A DNA stretch of 64,000 nt from Balanoglossus misakiensis (taxonomy: Eukaryota; Animalia; Hemichordata), in contig CM082594.2 in the NCBI GenBank assembly GCA_040954595.2, positions 9,614,296-9,678,295 of the forward strand, in the 5' to 3' direction. Shown here one piece after another: positions 27,320 to 40,582 of this stretch; position 1 is the first letter of the stretch; every line of letters begins with the position of its first letter. Below the pieces are notes generated by a model. That model ran no database searches and was not told where the DNA came from. It worked only from the letters and a program-made list of their open reading frames with translations. The translations under genes were made by a program, and so were the position numbers.

Positions 27320-29161
27320 CATTTATTTTTTAAACAAAAAGAACAAAAAAGTTTAAGTTGGAGTATATTGTTGTGAGATCTAACTGTCATGATCACCGGT
27401 TTTGACTCTTTATCTCGACATTCTGATGGCTGTGTTGTTGCCATGGTTCTGTGGAGTTGCCAGGAAGGAAGTTCCAAAATGCACGAAGAAGCAACTGGGG
27501 AAGAAACGGCTTTGAGCGATCACAATCACCAGATGCGGGACTGCTTGTGTACTTACACGGAAGACTCGGACTAACTGGAAAAAAAATCACCGCTCTGTTC
27601 ACATCTGGGTGTTTGTTTCTTTGCTAACCGGCGGGATCAATCATCGAATACTAATGGAGTGACATTTATATCCAACAGTTACAGTTACAGAGTTCAAAAT
27701 TTCCACTTGTGTTCCTTTTTTTCTGGCGGTATCCTATTCTTCATTAGGAGGAATTCTATCAGATAGCAAAAGCCCCAGCATTATTTACCTTGTATTATTT
27801 TGTTGGTTCATAGTTTGTTAGGATATAAATGCCGCTCCAGGTAAAAGAGAGAGGGAAAGGGCACAGAAGGAGGGTTGGGCACTTTATTTTTTAAAAAGTT
27901 TTCACCTTTTGGTATTGTTACCTTTCAACCAAAAGGATGATATTTTTTCTGAAGTGTTAAACAAACATTGTACAAATTATACTATATTGGTTGTGTTTAG
28001 TTCACAGAAGTTAATCGTTTCTAAGATTTACTGTTTCAAAGTTGTTCCTGTTGTAGTTTATTTTGTCTTTACAGATGAACGCTATATGCTGTACAGTCTT
28101 CAACCATGCTTATGACAAGGGTTAGTTCAGTGTTTACCCCGTGCTGCTCAGACTGCAGATCATATATTATAAAAATCTGTTTCTCTTCATTTTGTAGGTT
28201 ATTTCCAAACATTTGATAATCATGAGCTGATCGTAATTTCTAGTTACTATGAAAAAGTTATTTTTAGAACAAAATGTAGTTCGTAGCCAGTTAACGTAGT
28301 CCAGGAAGAAGGTTGGATTGCCGATATAAGACAAATTCTGTACCCCAAGACTGTCGAGTCAGATTCTTCCAATACAGAAAAAGCACACGGCCATACAACT
28401 TGAAAACGGATGTTCAGGACATACTAAATTCCACTGAAGTGATGTTTTCCTGGTCCCAAGTTTGTGTGTGTAAAGCTGTTGAGACGTTTTGAGTGATTGG
28501 GGTACAGAGAGACTGTCAAAAGTACAGAACATTTTTTTATAAAGATAGTACATGCTGTTACAAATTTATTTTGAAGTGTTGAGTAACTGATTGCATTGAA
28601 GGAGTTGGCTTGTAGGAATCCAAGCAGTTACCTCCATTGATTTCAAACGGTCAAAAGCCAGCCTTCTTGTCACTATTTTACCTTGTTCACAGTTTTGGCA
28701 TTTTAAATAAATGTTCCTGTTATAAAACTGTGCGCGTGTTGCTTTTGTGTAGACCCCACACACCCTCAAGGTGCTCTCTGCTTATGACCGAGAGATGACA
28801 CAAAACAATATTGATCTGAAGTTGCCCTTTTATGAGCCACTTTAATATGACTTTAAATCTATGGATATAAAAAAGTAACACATGAGTGTTTTTTATGACT
28901 GACAATTGCGGAATTCAGTATATGCAATGAAATGTATACAAATATTTTACAGGTTTTTGAAAGGGGGTAATGTATTTGTCAAAGAGATTTTCCATGCAGT
29001 CTCGTGATAAAATTCATATACATGTAATTCAGTTGTTAAAAAATTGATTATTTAAAATGATAGTTTCATGATTATTTCTGAAAAACTTAAATTTAAAAAT
29101 CACTTGAAATCTGAAAAGTGGTATGTACTGGGTAATGGCACACTTGGTGTTTATGTCGGTG

Positions 29162-31264
29162 TCATTCAATTTCTAGATCATACGCTTTCATGACATACTC
29201 TTTGGGGAAAAAGCCCACTTTATCTTTTGTCTCTCCAATCCACCACTTAAATTCTTCACATTCATCCAACGTATTTATAACATGGATGAAATCTCCGCGT
29301 TTGAAGTTGAGCTCATCACTCTTCTGCGACTTGCAATCCCACATTGCCACGTAAATATTGTTGTAGTCGTACTCCCAGTTGGAGCACTGCATGACGGCCA
29401 CCGTCTTCTTGGGAACTTCTGCTTTCTCCGCTTCCTGTTTGGGAATGATTTCTGTAAATAACACCGACTTGTTGGGCTGGACCACCTCTTCTGGAATTGG
29501 CTGAACATTGTCGCTACCCTCTGGTGGGGCGGACACATCATCGTATACTTCACCATCATCTTCTTCTTCGATTGGCTGAACAGAATCTAGTAGATGAGAG
29601 AGAATAAGAGAGCATCTTACAGGTATGTAGAATGGCCCCATTTTATTTTGAGTGGATGTACTTCTTTGAAACAATGGTTTTCATTGATTACAAAGGTAGA
29701 ATCTTACATTAGCGGCAGATTTTTATTACTCACCATTTGCTGTTGGCTGTACGTCTGTCTGTTGTTGGCCGCTGGCAGCCTTTATGGCTTCCATCCAGTC
29801 ATTCATGTCTTGTGTGCTGCATGCAATAAACTGAAGAGTAAACAGTTCCAAAATTGCTAAAGGTTAATGTGCATACTGTATTGATTATAGCCTATGGACA
29901 CCCTTTGTTCTATTTTGATTAGAACCGATCAAATTGTGTAATTATTCCAATGGTGGTTATTTAGGTATTCTGCCAGTTACTTTACCTGAAAATCTCTTTT
30001 CTCGGGATGCGTGATTTCAAAACAGAAATCTTTTTTCTTGTTTTTCTTCTCCGGAATGTGCGGTGCTGACTTGACTGAGTAGCCCACTAAGTTCACTACA
30101 TTCTTCTGTTTCTTGTCGTTCGGTTTGGTGTAATAATAGAAATAACTGTCTTTGATGACACACCATCGTTTTTGCCAGGAACCAATTCCAATTTGGCCTT
30201 CTGAACATCATAAAACATAAATTTAATATACAGATATGCATTTTTAGCAAACATAAATTTAAGTGTTTTACCAAATGTGTAAACTGATAATGTGACATAT
30301 TACCTTTCCGCTTTTTGTCAAGGTAACCAGTTTTCTTTGTGCCAAGAAGTTCATTGGCAGCCACTGGTCCTGTGATCATCTTGGCTGTTGATAAACAAAT
30401 CAAAAAGTTCCTGTTATATATTCTTACCAACACTTTCTGTAAGTCAGACAGAGGTCATGCAAACAGCATTGATATTCTACCTACCATCATCGTACAATAA
30501 GCCATCATCCATACTTTTAGAATCATCAGCGGTATCTGCCTCGACCACACTTGGAGTTGGAGCAGTTGCTGGTTCTGGTACTTGTTCCCCTGATCCAGCT
30601 TCATCGTAGATGTCATCCATAATTCCTTCTTCACTTTTATCATCTGACGGCAGAACTTCAACATCAGCATATTCCTCCTCTGGTTCTGGGATTTAAAAAA
30701 GGCATTGTTGTAGTTTAACATTAACCCTTATCATGCAAAGTTTATCTGGTGTCATTCTTTACAGAACCGTTTTATTAAAGTTAAGAACAAGATCCGGGCC
30801 CCAATCGTGAGTATACTTTACATCCTTAATTCCAGAACATCCCGGACATTCATGAAACCATATTTAATATTTTGTTCATTTTAATTTCATGATGAGCAGC
30901 TGAAACATGTCACTCACCCTCAGGGACTACCTCACTTGCTTTCATGCCCGATCGTAATTTTTCTTCATCGTCTGTGGCTATTTTTGTCCGAAGATTACTT
31001 ATTTTTGTGATCAATTCTTCTTTCTTTTTATTTGCATCCTTGCTGAGTTTTTCTTTCTTTAAAACATTTGTTAGGAAATGTTCAACATCTGCAGGGAGAA
31101 CAGAAAATTACATGACCGTGATCGAAAAGTTGGAAAACGCCCCAACACCACAACGCGGAAGTAAATATTAGTAATTTGCTTGTTTTTAATGAAATGATCG
31201 AAAACGCACAATTTTTCTTACCTTTCATTGCATTTTTAACGTCTGTTATAATTGACTCCATCAT
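29162..31264 (-). CDS. SKAP2: Src kinase-associated phosphoprotein (SKAP1/2 co-orthologue): N-terminal dimerisation helix, PH and SH3 domains, 410 aa
   Basis: Exons 31264-31222, 31088-30918, 30685-30485, 30384-30304, 30200-29986, 29830-29734, 29586-29162; 1233 nt in frame. DVEHFL..VLKKEKLSK; PH KTGYLDKKRK...WQKRWCVI...FYYY; SH3 DYNNIYVAMWDC...DELNFKRGD...WWIGE...VGFFPKEYVMKAY. Confidence 0.88.
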
Positions 31265-31695
31265 TATACGCGAATGTTTGCTGCTGATCAGAGTTTAAAG
31301 TTGTTCATTGCCTCTCAGTACTAATCCATTTCGTGCGCGTCCTTAGAAGTGCGCGTCTAACTTTACTGAATATTTACTTCCCGGAAATTTACATATATCA
31401 CGTGACTGGGTGACCTAAGGGCACTGCGGCCACTGCACTGACTACTGTGATCCGGTCGGGATGGACGTAAACAATCTGCTAATTCAGTGCTCACTATTCT
31501 GTAGTTTTAATTTCCATCCAACTGAACTTTTCACGGTGACTGTGCTTGTACAAAGTGCACGTAAACCAAAACTTCGATCGCGCCGCCACACGTCCACATT
31601 TGGAAATGATTATTCAAAACAGCTGTTTCGTCAGTGTGTAACACGGTTCCTACGGATGCAGTTGCTGCATCGTACGTATACATAAAAAGGTAAGT
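31265..31695. promoter_or_regulatory. Putative bidirectional promoter between SKAP (-) and SMUG1 (+)
   Basis: CpG-rich; TTCCCGGAA (GAS/ETS) 31378-31386; TCACGTGAC E-box near 31398; donor AAG|GTAAGT at about 31689, likely ending a SMUG1 5' UTR exon. Confidence 0.55.
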
Positions 31696-32029
31696 CTATA
31701 CACTTGCGATAAATAAATAAATGGTTTAGAGAGTTCCAGTTACTAAACAAGACATGCTCCTTTTAAACAGGCATGTTTAAACAAGAAAAATACTGCTGGT
31801 GCTAATATAATGTGCTCGTGGATTCGGAAGAGCAGATAGAGATGTGAATGTCATGGGCAGGGCGCCCCCATTGTCTAGTTTCGACTCTTTTTCATACTCA
31901 AATATTTTCATGAAATTCAAAGAGGAAATTACCAGTTGAAGGTTTACAACATTCACACAAGTGATTTTTTTATTTTCACGTGTGCTTTCTAGAATCTAGA
32001 AAGGAATTGGACAAACCACTTGGAAAACT

Positions 32030-33353
32030 ATGGCAGAACAGCAGATCAAGAAACAAAAGCTAGATCACCATGGTGACCAGATGGTGGATGGGAGTGTGAT
32101 GCATTGCCATGGCAACCTTTATCCAGATGTTGCTAAGTGTCCTATCAGCCACAGAGCGATTGACTACAACTCCAATGACAGATCTGAAACTCATTTTTGT
32201 CGCCAAATTTCATCCTCTGGCAAGTTGGGTCACACGGAAACAGGCGATAATGCAGCACCAACCAATAAGAATCAAGAGCAGACACAAGGAGCAACTCAGA
32301 CCGCAAAAGGACCAACACCATTCAATGAGATTCTAGTGCAACCTGTAAAGATAGAAAGCAAAAGTCCATCTGTTTCTGGAAATGATAAAACTGAAGTACC
32401 TCCAACAACTCAAGACAAAGATTCAAAAGATACCCACAAGATTGAAGCACTGCCAGAACCAACGTATGAAAATTCTTATGCAGAAAAGCTGCTTGGAATA
32501 GAAGATGAATTATGCCAGTCTTTGAATCATTTATTTTTCTATGAACCTGTGAGCCATGTCTACAACCCACTCATTTATGCCAGCGAAACACATTCCAAGT
32601 TTGTCAGAAAGTACTGCAAATCAACAAAACCAATTCTGTTTCTTGGGATGAACCCAGGACCGTATGGGATGGCTCAGAACGGGGTATGTATTTCACGGAA
32701 TAATTCAAAATCATCCTTGTGCAGTAAAACTTTGGCATTATATCATAGACAAGTATCTATACTTTTTGAATTCTGTTTTTTATCAGGTTCCATTTGGGGA
32801 GGTGTCTGTCACCCAAGACTGGCTAGGTATCACCGGTCAGGTAAGAAAACCTGCCCGGGAGAATCCCAAGAGACCTATATTGGGGTTTAATTGCACACAG
32901 AGTGAAGTAAGTGGCAAACGTTTCTGGGGGCTCTTCAGAAATCTCTCCAAAACTCCAGAGACGTTCTTCAAGTACAGCTACGTTCACAACTACTGCCCTC
33001 TAGTGTTCATGGCCGCCTCCGGAAAGAACGTCACCCCGCCGACCATACCCATGATACAACGCATGCCACTGTTGTCTATTTGTGATGCTGCGTTGTGCGA
33101 GGTCATACAGTTGCTGAAGGTGAAGGTCGTGGTGGCTATTGGTCGCTTTGTGCAGGACAGAGCTGCTCACGCTCTCAGAGATCAAGGTATTCGTGATGTC
33201 CGCATCGAATTCTTGATGCATCCAAGCCCCATCAATGCCAAGGCCAACAAGTGTTGGAATGAATTTGCTATGAATCAGTTGTCAGAGTTGAATGTCTTGA
33301 AGTATCTTGCACCAGCAGAAGAAACTCAGGATGAGAAAACTGAGCAAAAATAA
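32030..33353 (+). CDS. SMUG1: Single-strand-selective monofunctional uracil-DNA glycosylase, about 406 aa
   Basis: Exons 32030-32683 and 32787-33353. Motifs VYNPL.YA, LFLGMNPGPYGMAQ.GVPFG, SEVSG.RFWG, VHNYCPL, GKNVTP, HPSP. The start codon of the long N-terminal extension is less certain. Confidence 0.95.
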
Positions 33354-34488
33354 ATAATAAAGGTATTACCTAGAACACACAGAGGTGATAGGTACAATTT
33401 CAGACCAACAGCATATCTCTGTTCCAGAGGTCTTGTCAAATCATTGGTAACCCCTCGTTTCAAAATACCAAAATTATGTGTTTTATATCTGAAGTTTAAA
33501 ACTGCTGATCCCTAGCAAGTATACTTTGCCAAATTAAGGTTTTGAATTTAGGATTTGACCGTTGTTTCAGTGATATATGTGACCGTAGACAGGTCTATAC
33601 TGTGACCAGTGCTTTGTGACATGGGACACAATTTGGAAGTTTTCAAACAGTGAAAAGTACTTAATTTCATTCAGGGAGAAAACGGAACTTAAAGCAGGTG
33701 TAAAATTTGTCTTTATTTTCAAAGACTTGCTTATAGTAATGTAGTTGTATTAAGTGCAATTTGTTTTTAGTGAACTTATCATGCTTGGTGCTATTCAGTT
33801 CTGTGGGATCATTTGAGTTCTTCAGTATTGATTCAGTTTGATAGATAGAACTATTACAAGTTGAAAAACAAAGGCGACTTCAGTCCTATGTGGAGAAATG
33901 GAATGTATCTGTTGGTAACATTATTCTGTAAGCTGTAAGCTTTTATTGCAGAAGACTGGAGTAGTGTACTATGACCTCTAGCCATGAACGTTTCTTGCAT
34001 AGTAGTATTATAGTTGTGTTCTGTATTTGTATATTTTGCTCCATATTTGTGCAAAATAAAAGTCAGTTGTGCAAATGTTGTATATGGTTAGACCATCCAT
34101 GGGTTTAGAAGATAAATAGACTTTGTTTTAGTTTAGCAAAATAGACAAGATTTCAACTCACAGGTGACAATTTGATTTGGAGACAAATTTATTATCAAAA
34201 TGTACAACTTACTGTCAGTAGAAAAAGATTACAATACAGGTAAGTACTGACTTCTAAGGAAGTTTTCTTTACAAAACCAAATTTCACAGTAATATTTTTC
34301 TGATGACATCTTAGCTATGCTGAAATTAATAAGATATTGTTTAAGTGCATAATTGATTGGTCAAATTACACATCTACATTAGATTCTACAAAAGATACCA
34401 GTTGATAAAAATTTGACAATTTCAGCTTCATTTGTTATTTTTTAATTTAAAATTATTAACAGTTTTACTTTACATATTTACAGAGTTT

Positions 34489-37400
34489 TTAGAAGACTTT
34501 GAAGTTGTACTCTTCTTCTTGGTAGATTTCGTTGTCAGGGAGATCATGCTCATCCAGTTTCCTCCACCACGGCTGTTGAAGTCTCTTCACTGTTTCGTTG
34601 TGGTTTTCCTTGGCTTTTGTTGCTATGGGCAACGACCTACTCATGTAAGTATACAGGTCTCTTTCCTTGGCCTCACTAACTTTGGGTGAATCTACAAAGA
34701 GAGGGGCAGAGATAGATAGACAGACAGAAAGTGGTGATTACTTTAAGGTAGAATGCGCCGCGGAAATACAAGTCTGAAAAAACAAAATGGCTGCCAATCT
34801 CTGTGTTAACTCTATTGAGAAAAAATCAAGAAGTGATTTTTATGAAAACAAGACATTGAACACCCTTGTTGTTCTGTATTTTCCAAAAGACTCTTAACCC
34901 ACTTCAATGAAAAAGAAGGCTTTTGTAAAACTCACTAATGATGAGGTCTGCATCTGACTTGAGTTGAGCTAACAAGGCTTCCCTTCTCTGTTCAGACTGT
35001 CTTGTGATTCGGCTCAGCATCAAATGTCTTGTCAACATCTCCTGGGCTTTGTCGTGCAGCTCCGTCACTTCCTGCATATTCTTGCATTCTTTCTGTCGAG
35101 AAAATACATGGAAAATGTCTGGTCATGTTCTAGTCACTTGAAAACACTCATTCTACAATTTGCATACACACAGATACACGAAAATACCAGGATGAAAGGT
35201 CACACAGGGGTCATACTTACAGGATGTTCCTCTCTCCTTTGATTGATCATTTCCTGTATCTCCACTCTTCTCTCATCGGTCAACCCTGGTGGCGCTCTCC
35301 ACGCTATCACTTCATTCCTCTGCGCATCCAGTTTATCCAGGAATTTCCGTGCCTAAAAAACACAAACATAACAAAAAAGCCATTAAAAAATTCTCTGTTA
35401 AAACTGAACATTCCTCCTATTCTCATCTCCGTTCCATATACATGTAGATTATAGCTGTGCATGTACATGACTTATACTCACAGCTCTCTGTATTGCAATG
35501 GCTGCCCTGAATTGCACAGCCGTGGCTTTAGTCAATCCATACTTCTTCCTTGCAAGAACACCTTTCCATCTTGCTTGGATCTTGATGGCTGCTGTGATCT
35601 GTGACACTTCCAAATATTTATTCACCTCACCTTGATTAAAACAAATTGTAATTTTAAGTATATTGGCCAAAAATAAGATGGGGTTTTACAGCATAAATAT
35701 GGTAGCAATTTCCAAGAAATACACTGGATTTGGCCGTGACTTACTAGGATGAAGGGCTGCTATCATATTCAGTTGCTTCTCTCTCGTTTCTCGAATTGCT
35801 CTTCTGTGAGCAACCAGCAACTGGTGTTGTAATTCTCTCTGGATTCTGTCCTCTTCCAATCTTCGTTGTTTATTCTCTTGTCTTCCTCTAAAAACGCAAA
35901 GTAGGTAAAGAAAGTGATGCTTTAAAGCAAGATAAAATGTCACACCAAAGCATTGCAGTTTTAAGCATATCTTTGAATCCAACACAGGAGAGACTTTTTG
36001 TGGATCTCATGATTCAAGGTAGCATGACATGCAACTAACCGAAAACTTCTCTGGAATGTCTTCATGGCTTTATCAGCTTTCCTCAGTTGTTTCCTGGTTT
36101 TGAAGCTTTTCCAGACGGCCTGTATGGTAGTGGCTGCCCTGTGCATTCTCTGCAGAAGATGTGAAAAGTTTCACAGTGGGTAATACAGTGAATGTATGTG
36201 GCATACACAGAAGAGAGATTGGGAAGTGGGTTAGAAGATAATTGGAGTATCTTACCTGCATTTCAGCTTGATGAGCTGATCCTGCATCTAATAGCATCAA
36301 GAGTTTCTTTAAATCTCGGCCAAATCCTTTCCCAGTCCATTTACTCAGCAGTGGTCGTAAACCCCTGTAATACAAACAGCACTAACTTCAGATCCGTTCT
36401 TACCGGAATCAGGATAAACTCATGTATCTGCCCACTGAGACACTGAAATATCTCTAAGTATCTGGGTGCATTAAAGGGGAAGCTACTGGTACTCTGAACA
36501 GACCTAAATGTAAATGTAGTTTTATTGAACTCACTTGTATCTGGAATACAACAGCTGTATCATGGGTTGATGGACATCCGCCGCAGCCAGCAGTGCCCTG
36601 GTGGCTGCAGCTCCAGTGTCTGCCTCAGTAAATGCTGACAGTTTGTATACCAACTCATCCAGTATACTAAACATCACTTTCTCATCCAAGCTACTCAGTA
36701 CCTGGCTGAAACGAAAAGAAATAGAAACATTTAGATTTTTGTCATGGCCAAAAAGATGAGGGAGAGTTCAGATACAGTCACATGACAATTACACATTCAG
36801 GTCTGAAGAAGGGAAAAGATGGATGTACTCACGTATTTGCTCGGAGCATGGATTGTACAAGTGTCATCAGAGTAATAGATGTCTCGGTGTCATCTGTAAT
36901 CATCATCTGTAATAAGTAGTTTGACCTAAGAACTAAAAGAGACAGTCAAATATCAGTCAAACTGAAATGGCTTTTGATTTCAGTGGCAAACAAACTCCTC
37001 GTAAGTCACTCAGCTCGAACACACGTCTGACAACACCTTGCCACTGAACTGAAACAGTGCCTACCATTAGCTGCCAGGAATGGATGGCCTCCAACAAGAA
37101 ACTTCATTTCATCCATGATATCTCTGAAGTTCTTGATGAGGTCATCTTTCAGTGTCAAGGTCTGTTCAGGAATCTTGATGTATCTGTGTTGTATGTTTCT
37201 GGACAAGATGAGCAATCTCTCAATAACATCCGGTAGAAATATTCCATAGTACTCATGTGATTCCTGTGGGTCTATTCCAACTGAGGCGTGGCTGAAAAAA
37301 AAATGAAATGAGAAGTGCATGTTTAACGAGAGTCATGATCAAGTGTTAACCCTTTCACCATCGTGGTTTGGTCCAAATCCATAGTTTTCTGTAGTAAAGC

Positions 37401-37982
37401 TGGACCTCTATAGAGAGAAATGGGATGGAAGGACACACATAACATGTTGAACCTACCAAACAATTTTTGCCAAGGCAGCAGCCGTGTTCCATTTCCCTGA
37501 GATTTGTGAGAAGTCTTGTTTCAATGCAATCAGTACACTCTGCAGTAACTCATACTTCCAAATATCAAGCTTGAGCTTTGTTGACTTGGCTGAACCAGGT
37601 ACAACACTATCAAGAATGTCTGGAAAGAAATCAAAAGGAAAACGTGTATTGTTGAATCCAGAATAAGCTGTCGACACATGAAATTGAATTTTGACTCATA
37701 TGAGCGTTTGTTGTCATAGCAACTGTACGACCAAATCTTGATATGTCGCCTGTGTAGTTTGACTACCGGACAGTGGTACAGCAAAATGCACGGAAAATGA
37801 CAATCATACTGCAAGTACTTCGAATGACTTATATATGAATACAAATGATCGAATATATGTGGAAAAAAATCGAAATTACTTTGCAAACCCAGCAATAAGA
37901 TTGGTACGTTTCGATCTGTTGTCTCGGTCACTTGAGTAGCTAGATCGATCACACGCTTGTCCTCGAAAACGTCTGATGCCAT
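34489..37982 (-). CDS. IQCB1: IQ calmodulin-binding motif-containing protein 1 (nephrocystin-5), 588 aa
   Basis: 12 exons: 37982-37880, 37619-37457, 37291-37065, 36932-36833, 36705-36535, 36364-36256, 36149-36040, 35887-35745, 35630-35482, 35352-35221, 35092-34936, 34691-34489; 1767 nt in frame. IQ motifs IQAVWKSFKTRK and IQARWKGVLARK; KWTGKGFGRDL; C-terminal SRSLPIATKAK...QPWWRKL. Confidence 0.9.
34743..34860. repeat. Possible fragment of a non-autonomous interspersed repeat in IQCB1 intron 11
   Basis: Abrupt TTAAGGTAGAATGCGCC... start with a local CpG cluster and AAAATGGCTGCC, a style typical of TTAA-flanked MITE ends. No second copy in the window. Confidence 0.3.
37346..37432. repeat. Possible short dispersed repeat/MITE remnant in IQCB1 intron 2
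   Basis: TTAACCCTTTCACCATCGTGGTT resembles TTAACCATTTCACCACCATGGTT at about 46568. Confidence 0.3.
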
Positions 37983-38734
37983 CTCTGATCTCTGGTTCGC
38001 CTAAAGCATGTTACAGGATGTATGTAATTTGCGGACAAAATGCACAGAATGCTGCAAATTACAGCTCTACGATCTCAAAACGTGAAAACTGAAGCTGTCC
38101 CAACTCGTTTGTTTTGGAATTTGAAAATCTGGGCGAGGGCGCTGTGCTACTCAGTATCTTTATTTTCAAACTGTGTGTTCGGATTTTAGCGATATGCGTG
38201 TAATTAATGCTGTGAACTATCTTAAAATTTATTTTATGGCAATTCTGTCGCAAATCGTTTGAGATAAACATTATTCTTTATTACCAATCAGTATGCGACA
38301 CAAAGAAATGTCGATAGACTGGTTTACGAATCGGAGGTCGGATAGAACCAAATGTAACCCTATCAAGTGGCAAGAACACGTTTTCTGAAGAGGAACTTAG
38401 AAAACAACCAACTTTTAAGCCACATATACGGCCAGGTATTGTATAACATTTCTCCCTGTTCGTTGTATCAAACTAAACTGAACAGATGAATTGCAGTGAG
38501 CATGACCTTGTACAAAATCAAAGACCTGCGGGCATGATGTGTATGTAGCAGAATATGACACGTATGTCTACAGCTAGTTGCTACAGTACATGTACTGTAT
38601 TAGAAAATCTTGCTGTTGTTTTTTTTCCGTAATACGATCTTCACAAGAGAAGTGGAATTCAGAATTGCAAGCTGACAAAAGTACTTCATGTTGTTTTACT
38701 TCCCCCTTTCTCAGGAAGCACCTTGTCTGCAAGA

Positions 38735-38932
38735 ATGGTGTCTGGAAAGAAGCTGGCAGATATTGGTTACAAGACATTTACCATTTGCATGCTGGGACTG
38801 ACTGGCTATGGAGCAGCCCTGCTCACCAGAAGAGTTTACCTTTTCTTTCAGAAGAAAAAGATGATGCAGGAACAAGGACTTTTAGAAGCTGCCATACAAT
38901 CTCAGGCAGAAGAGCCAACAACGTCAAATTGA
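38735..38932 (+). CDS. COX14: Cytochrome c oxidase assembly factor COX14, 65 aa, single coding exon
   Basis: MVSGKKLADIGYKTFTICMLGLTGYGAALLTRRVYLFFQ matches the COX14 signature GKQLADIGYKTF...YG plus one transmembrane helix. 5' UTR intron about 38436-38714 (GT...AG). Confidence 0.92.
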   Translation: MVSGKKLADIGYKTFTICMLGLTGYGAALLTRRVYLFFQKKKMMQEQGLLEAAIQSQAEEPTTSN

Positions 38933-40111
38933 TGTCATGGACAGTTTTTGTTCGAACCTTATCAATATTGACATCTGAGAACGGATGCATCCAGAAAAAG
39001 CCATGAGGAGTGTCCGTTTGTCTAAAATGTTGAACATCAGAAACAATACGATGCATATGTGAAGTGAAATTGTTTTTGTGCGCATTTTTCTGGAAGAACT
39101 TTGCAAATAATGACACCCTGGATTTTGATTGCAGTATGCGATGAAAAGTTCATCAACTTGAAGTGAAGACATGACTTTGATCTGTTCAATTTAATCTTCC
39201 CCGTTATTTCCTGTGCGTGGTCAATGTGTCAGCAATGGGGCAGCAAGCCCAGTGTGTGGAATCTAGATCAATTTTCTAACTTACCACCCTAATTAAAGAT
39301 CTGATAATGTTTGGTAACTTAGTCTCATTAAAATAGTGACTTTTGAAAATCCAGGTATTTTCAACTTTTTTTTATAACTGAAAATGTATTGAATTGTTTG
39401 ACCATTTTGGTCACACATACACAGAGAAATTGCTACATCGACGATAGACAGAAGTTTTATTTCATTCTTATTTTTGTTTGTGTGCCAATCTATCCTTGTG
39501 TATGTAACTTCCCCAATAGAGAAATATTCCATCATATTTTCAATGTGCTTCTCCAGTTCTGTGCCAAGCTGAACAGAATTTGTGATGTCAAAAACAAACC
39601 ATAGGTGATCAAGTAGTACATGTATGTATCAAAATGTGATTTTTGATGTAATCTGCTATTAAAGTAACCTTTGATCACAATCAGTAGAAGATGTTCTACT
39701 GTCTATGCTTATCAGTTTGGAGATAGAATTTTTGCATGTGTAACAAATATTAAAGGTATACTTTTGATCGAGCTAATAAACATGATTTTCTTACAACTCC
39801 TGTATTTCTGTGTCACTGTACACCCCGTCAACAGACATACTTGTGGATGGAATATCTCACTGTGTTGACCAAAGGGAGCAGAGTGTGATGCAGCTCATGA
39901 GCCATTTTCACATGAGCCAGTTCTGTCGAACAAGACAAAATGTGATCCTACCATTTCTGGTTTTGTGAAGCGAATAAAACGTTGATATGTTCATCTGTAT
40001 CGCATGAGGGCGTCTATTATAAGGTGGAGGATCACTGGTGAACTTTGACCTTGCACGCAGCACATGCCTTTTTTCGCACAGCATCTTGGGATACATCCAG
40101 CTACTACGATC

Positions 40112-40181
40112 ATGGCGGAAGCAAGCGAAGACATCAAACCTCCAGTACCCATCGGCACTTCTGTCGGCGAAGAGAATTCAG
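40112..40181 (+). CDS. Probable first coding exon of an unidentified gene (MAEASEDIKPPVPIGTSVGEENS, phase-1 donor)
   Basis: Strong Kozak context ATCATGGCG in a CpG-rich patch; ends CAG|GTCAGT; TATA-like TTATAAGG and a DR1 motif upstream. No downstream exon found in the window. Confidence 0.5.
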
Positions 40182-40508
40182 GTCAGTTCAGCGACTAAAG
40201 GGAGGGATAACATTTGTTTAGAATCAGTGCAATCGCCATATATGAACCGATCGGCAACGATCATTCAGTGGCGAGAGCGGTGATCATTTTAAAAATTCCC
40301 TCATCCTCTACCTACGTAGGCTTTTTCACACTGTGTGGTCGCTGAATAGGAAACCCTAGTTTCGCAAAAAGACCCAGTCCGGCACTCGTCATCACCACAC
40401 AGCAGAGGGTTATAGGCTGTTGATAGGTCGATGCTGATTATTGATTGTTTTGTTACAGCAGTTTAAAAACAAAATTGTCCGACAAGTATTTACAGGGACG
40501 CGACTGTG

Positions 40509-40582
40509 TGAAATCGACACTAGTGCAACTAAATGAAATCGACATAGTGCAACTAAATGAAATCGACACTAGTGCAACTAAA
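40509..40582 (+). repeat. Three-copy tandem repeat with a 24-25 bp unit
   Basis: TGAAATCGACACTAGTGCAACTAAA x3; the middle copy lacks one C. Confidence 0.9.

Noticed and set aside
35625-35640. AAG|GTGAGG at an IQCB1 acceptor resembling a recursive site
   Set aside because: It starts a needed coding exon (HPSEVNKYL...IQ motif) after a short intron.
40509-40582. CRISPR-like array
   Set aside because: Contiguous repeats without spacers, eukaryotic context, no cas genes.
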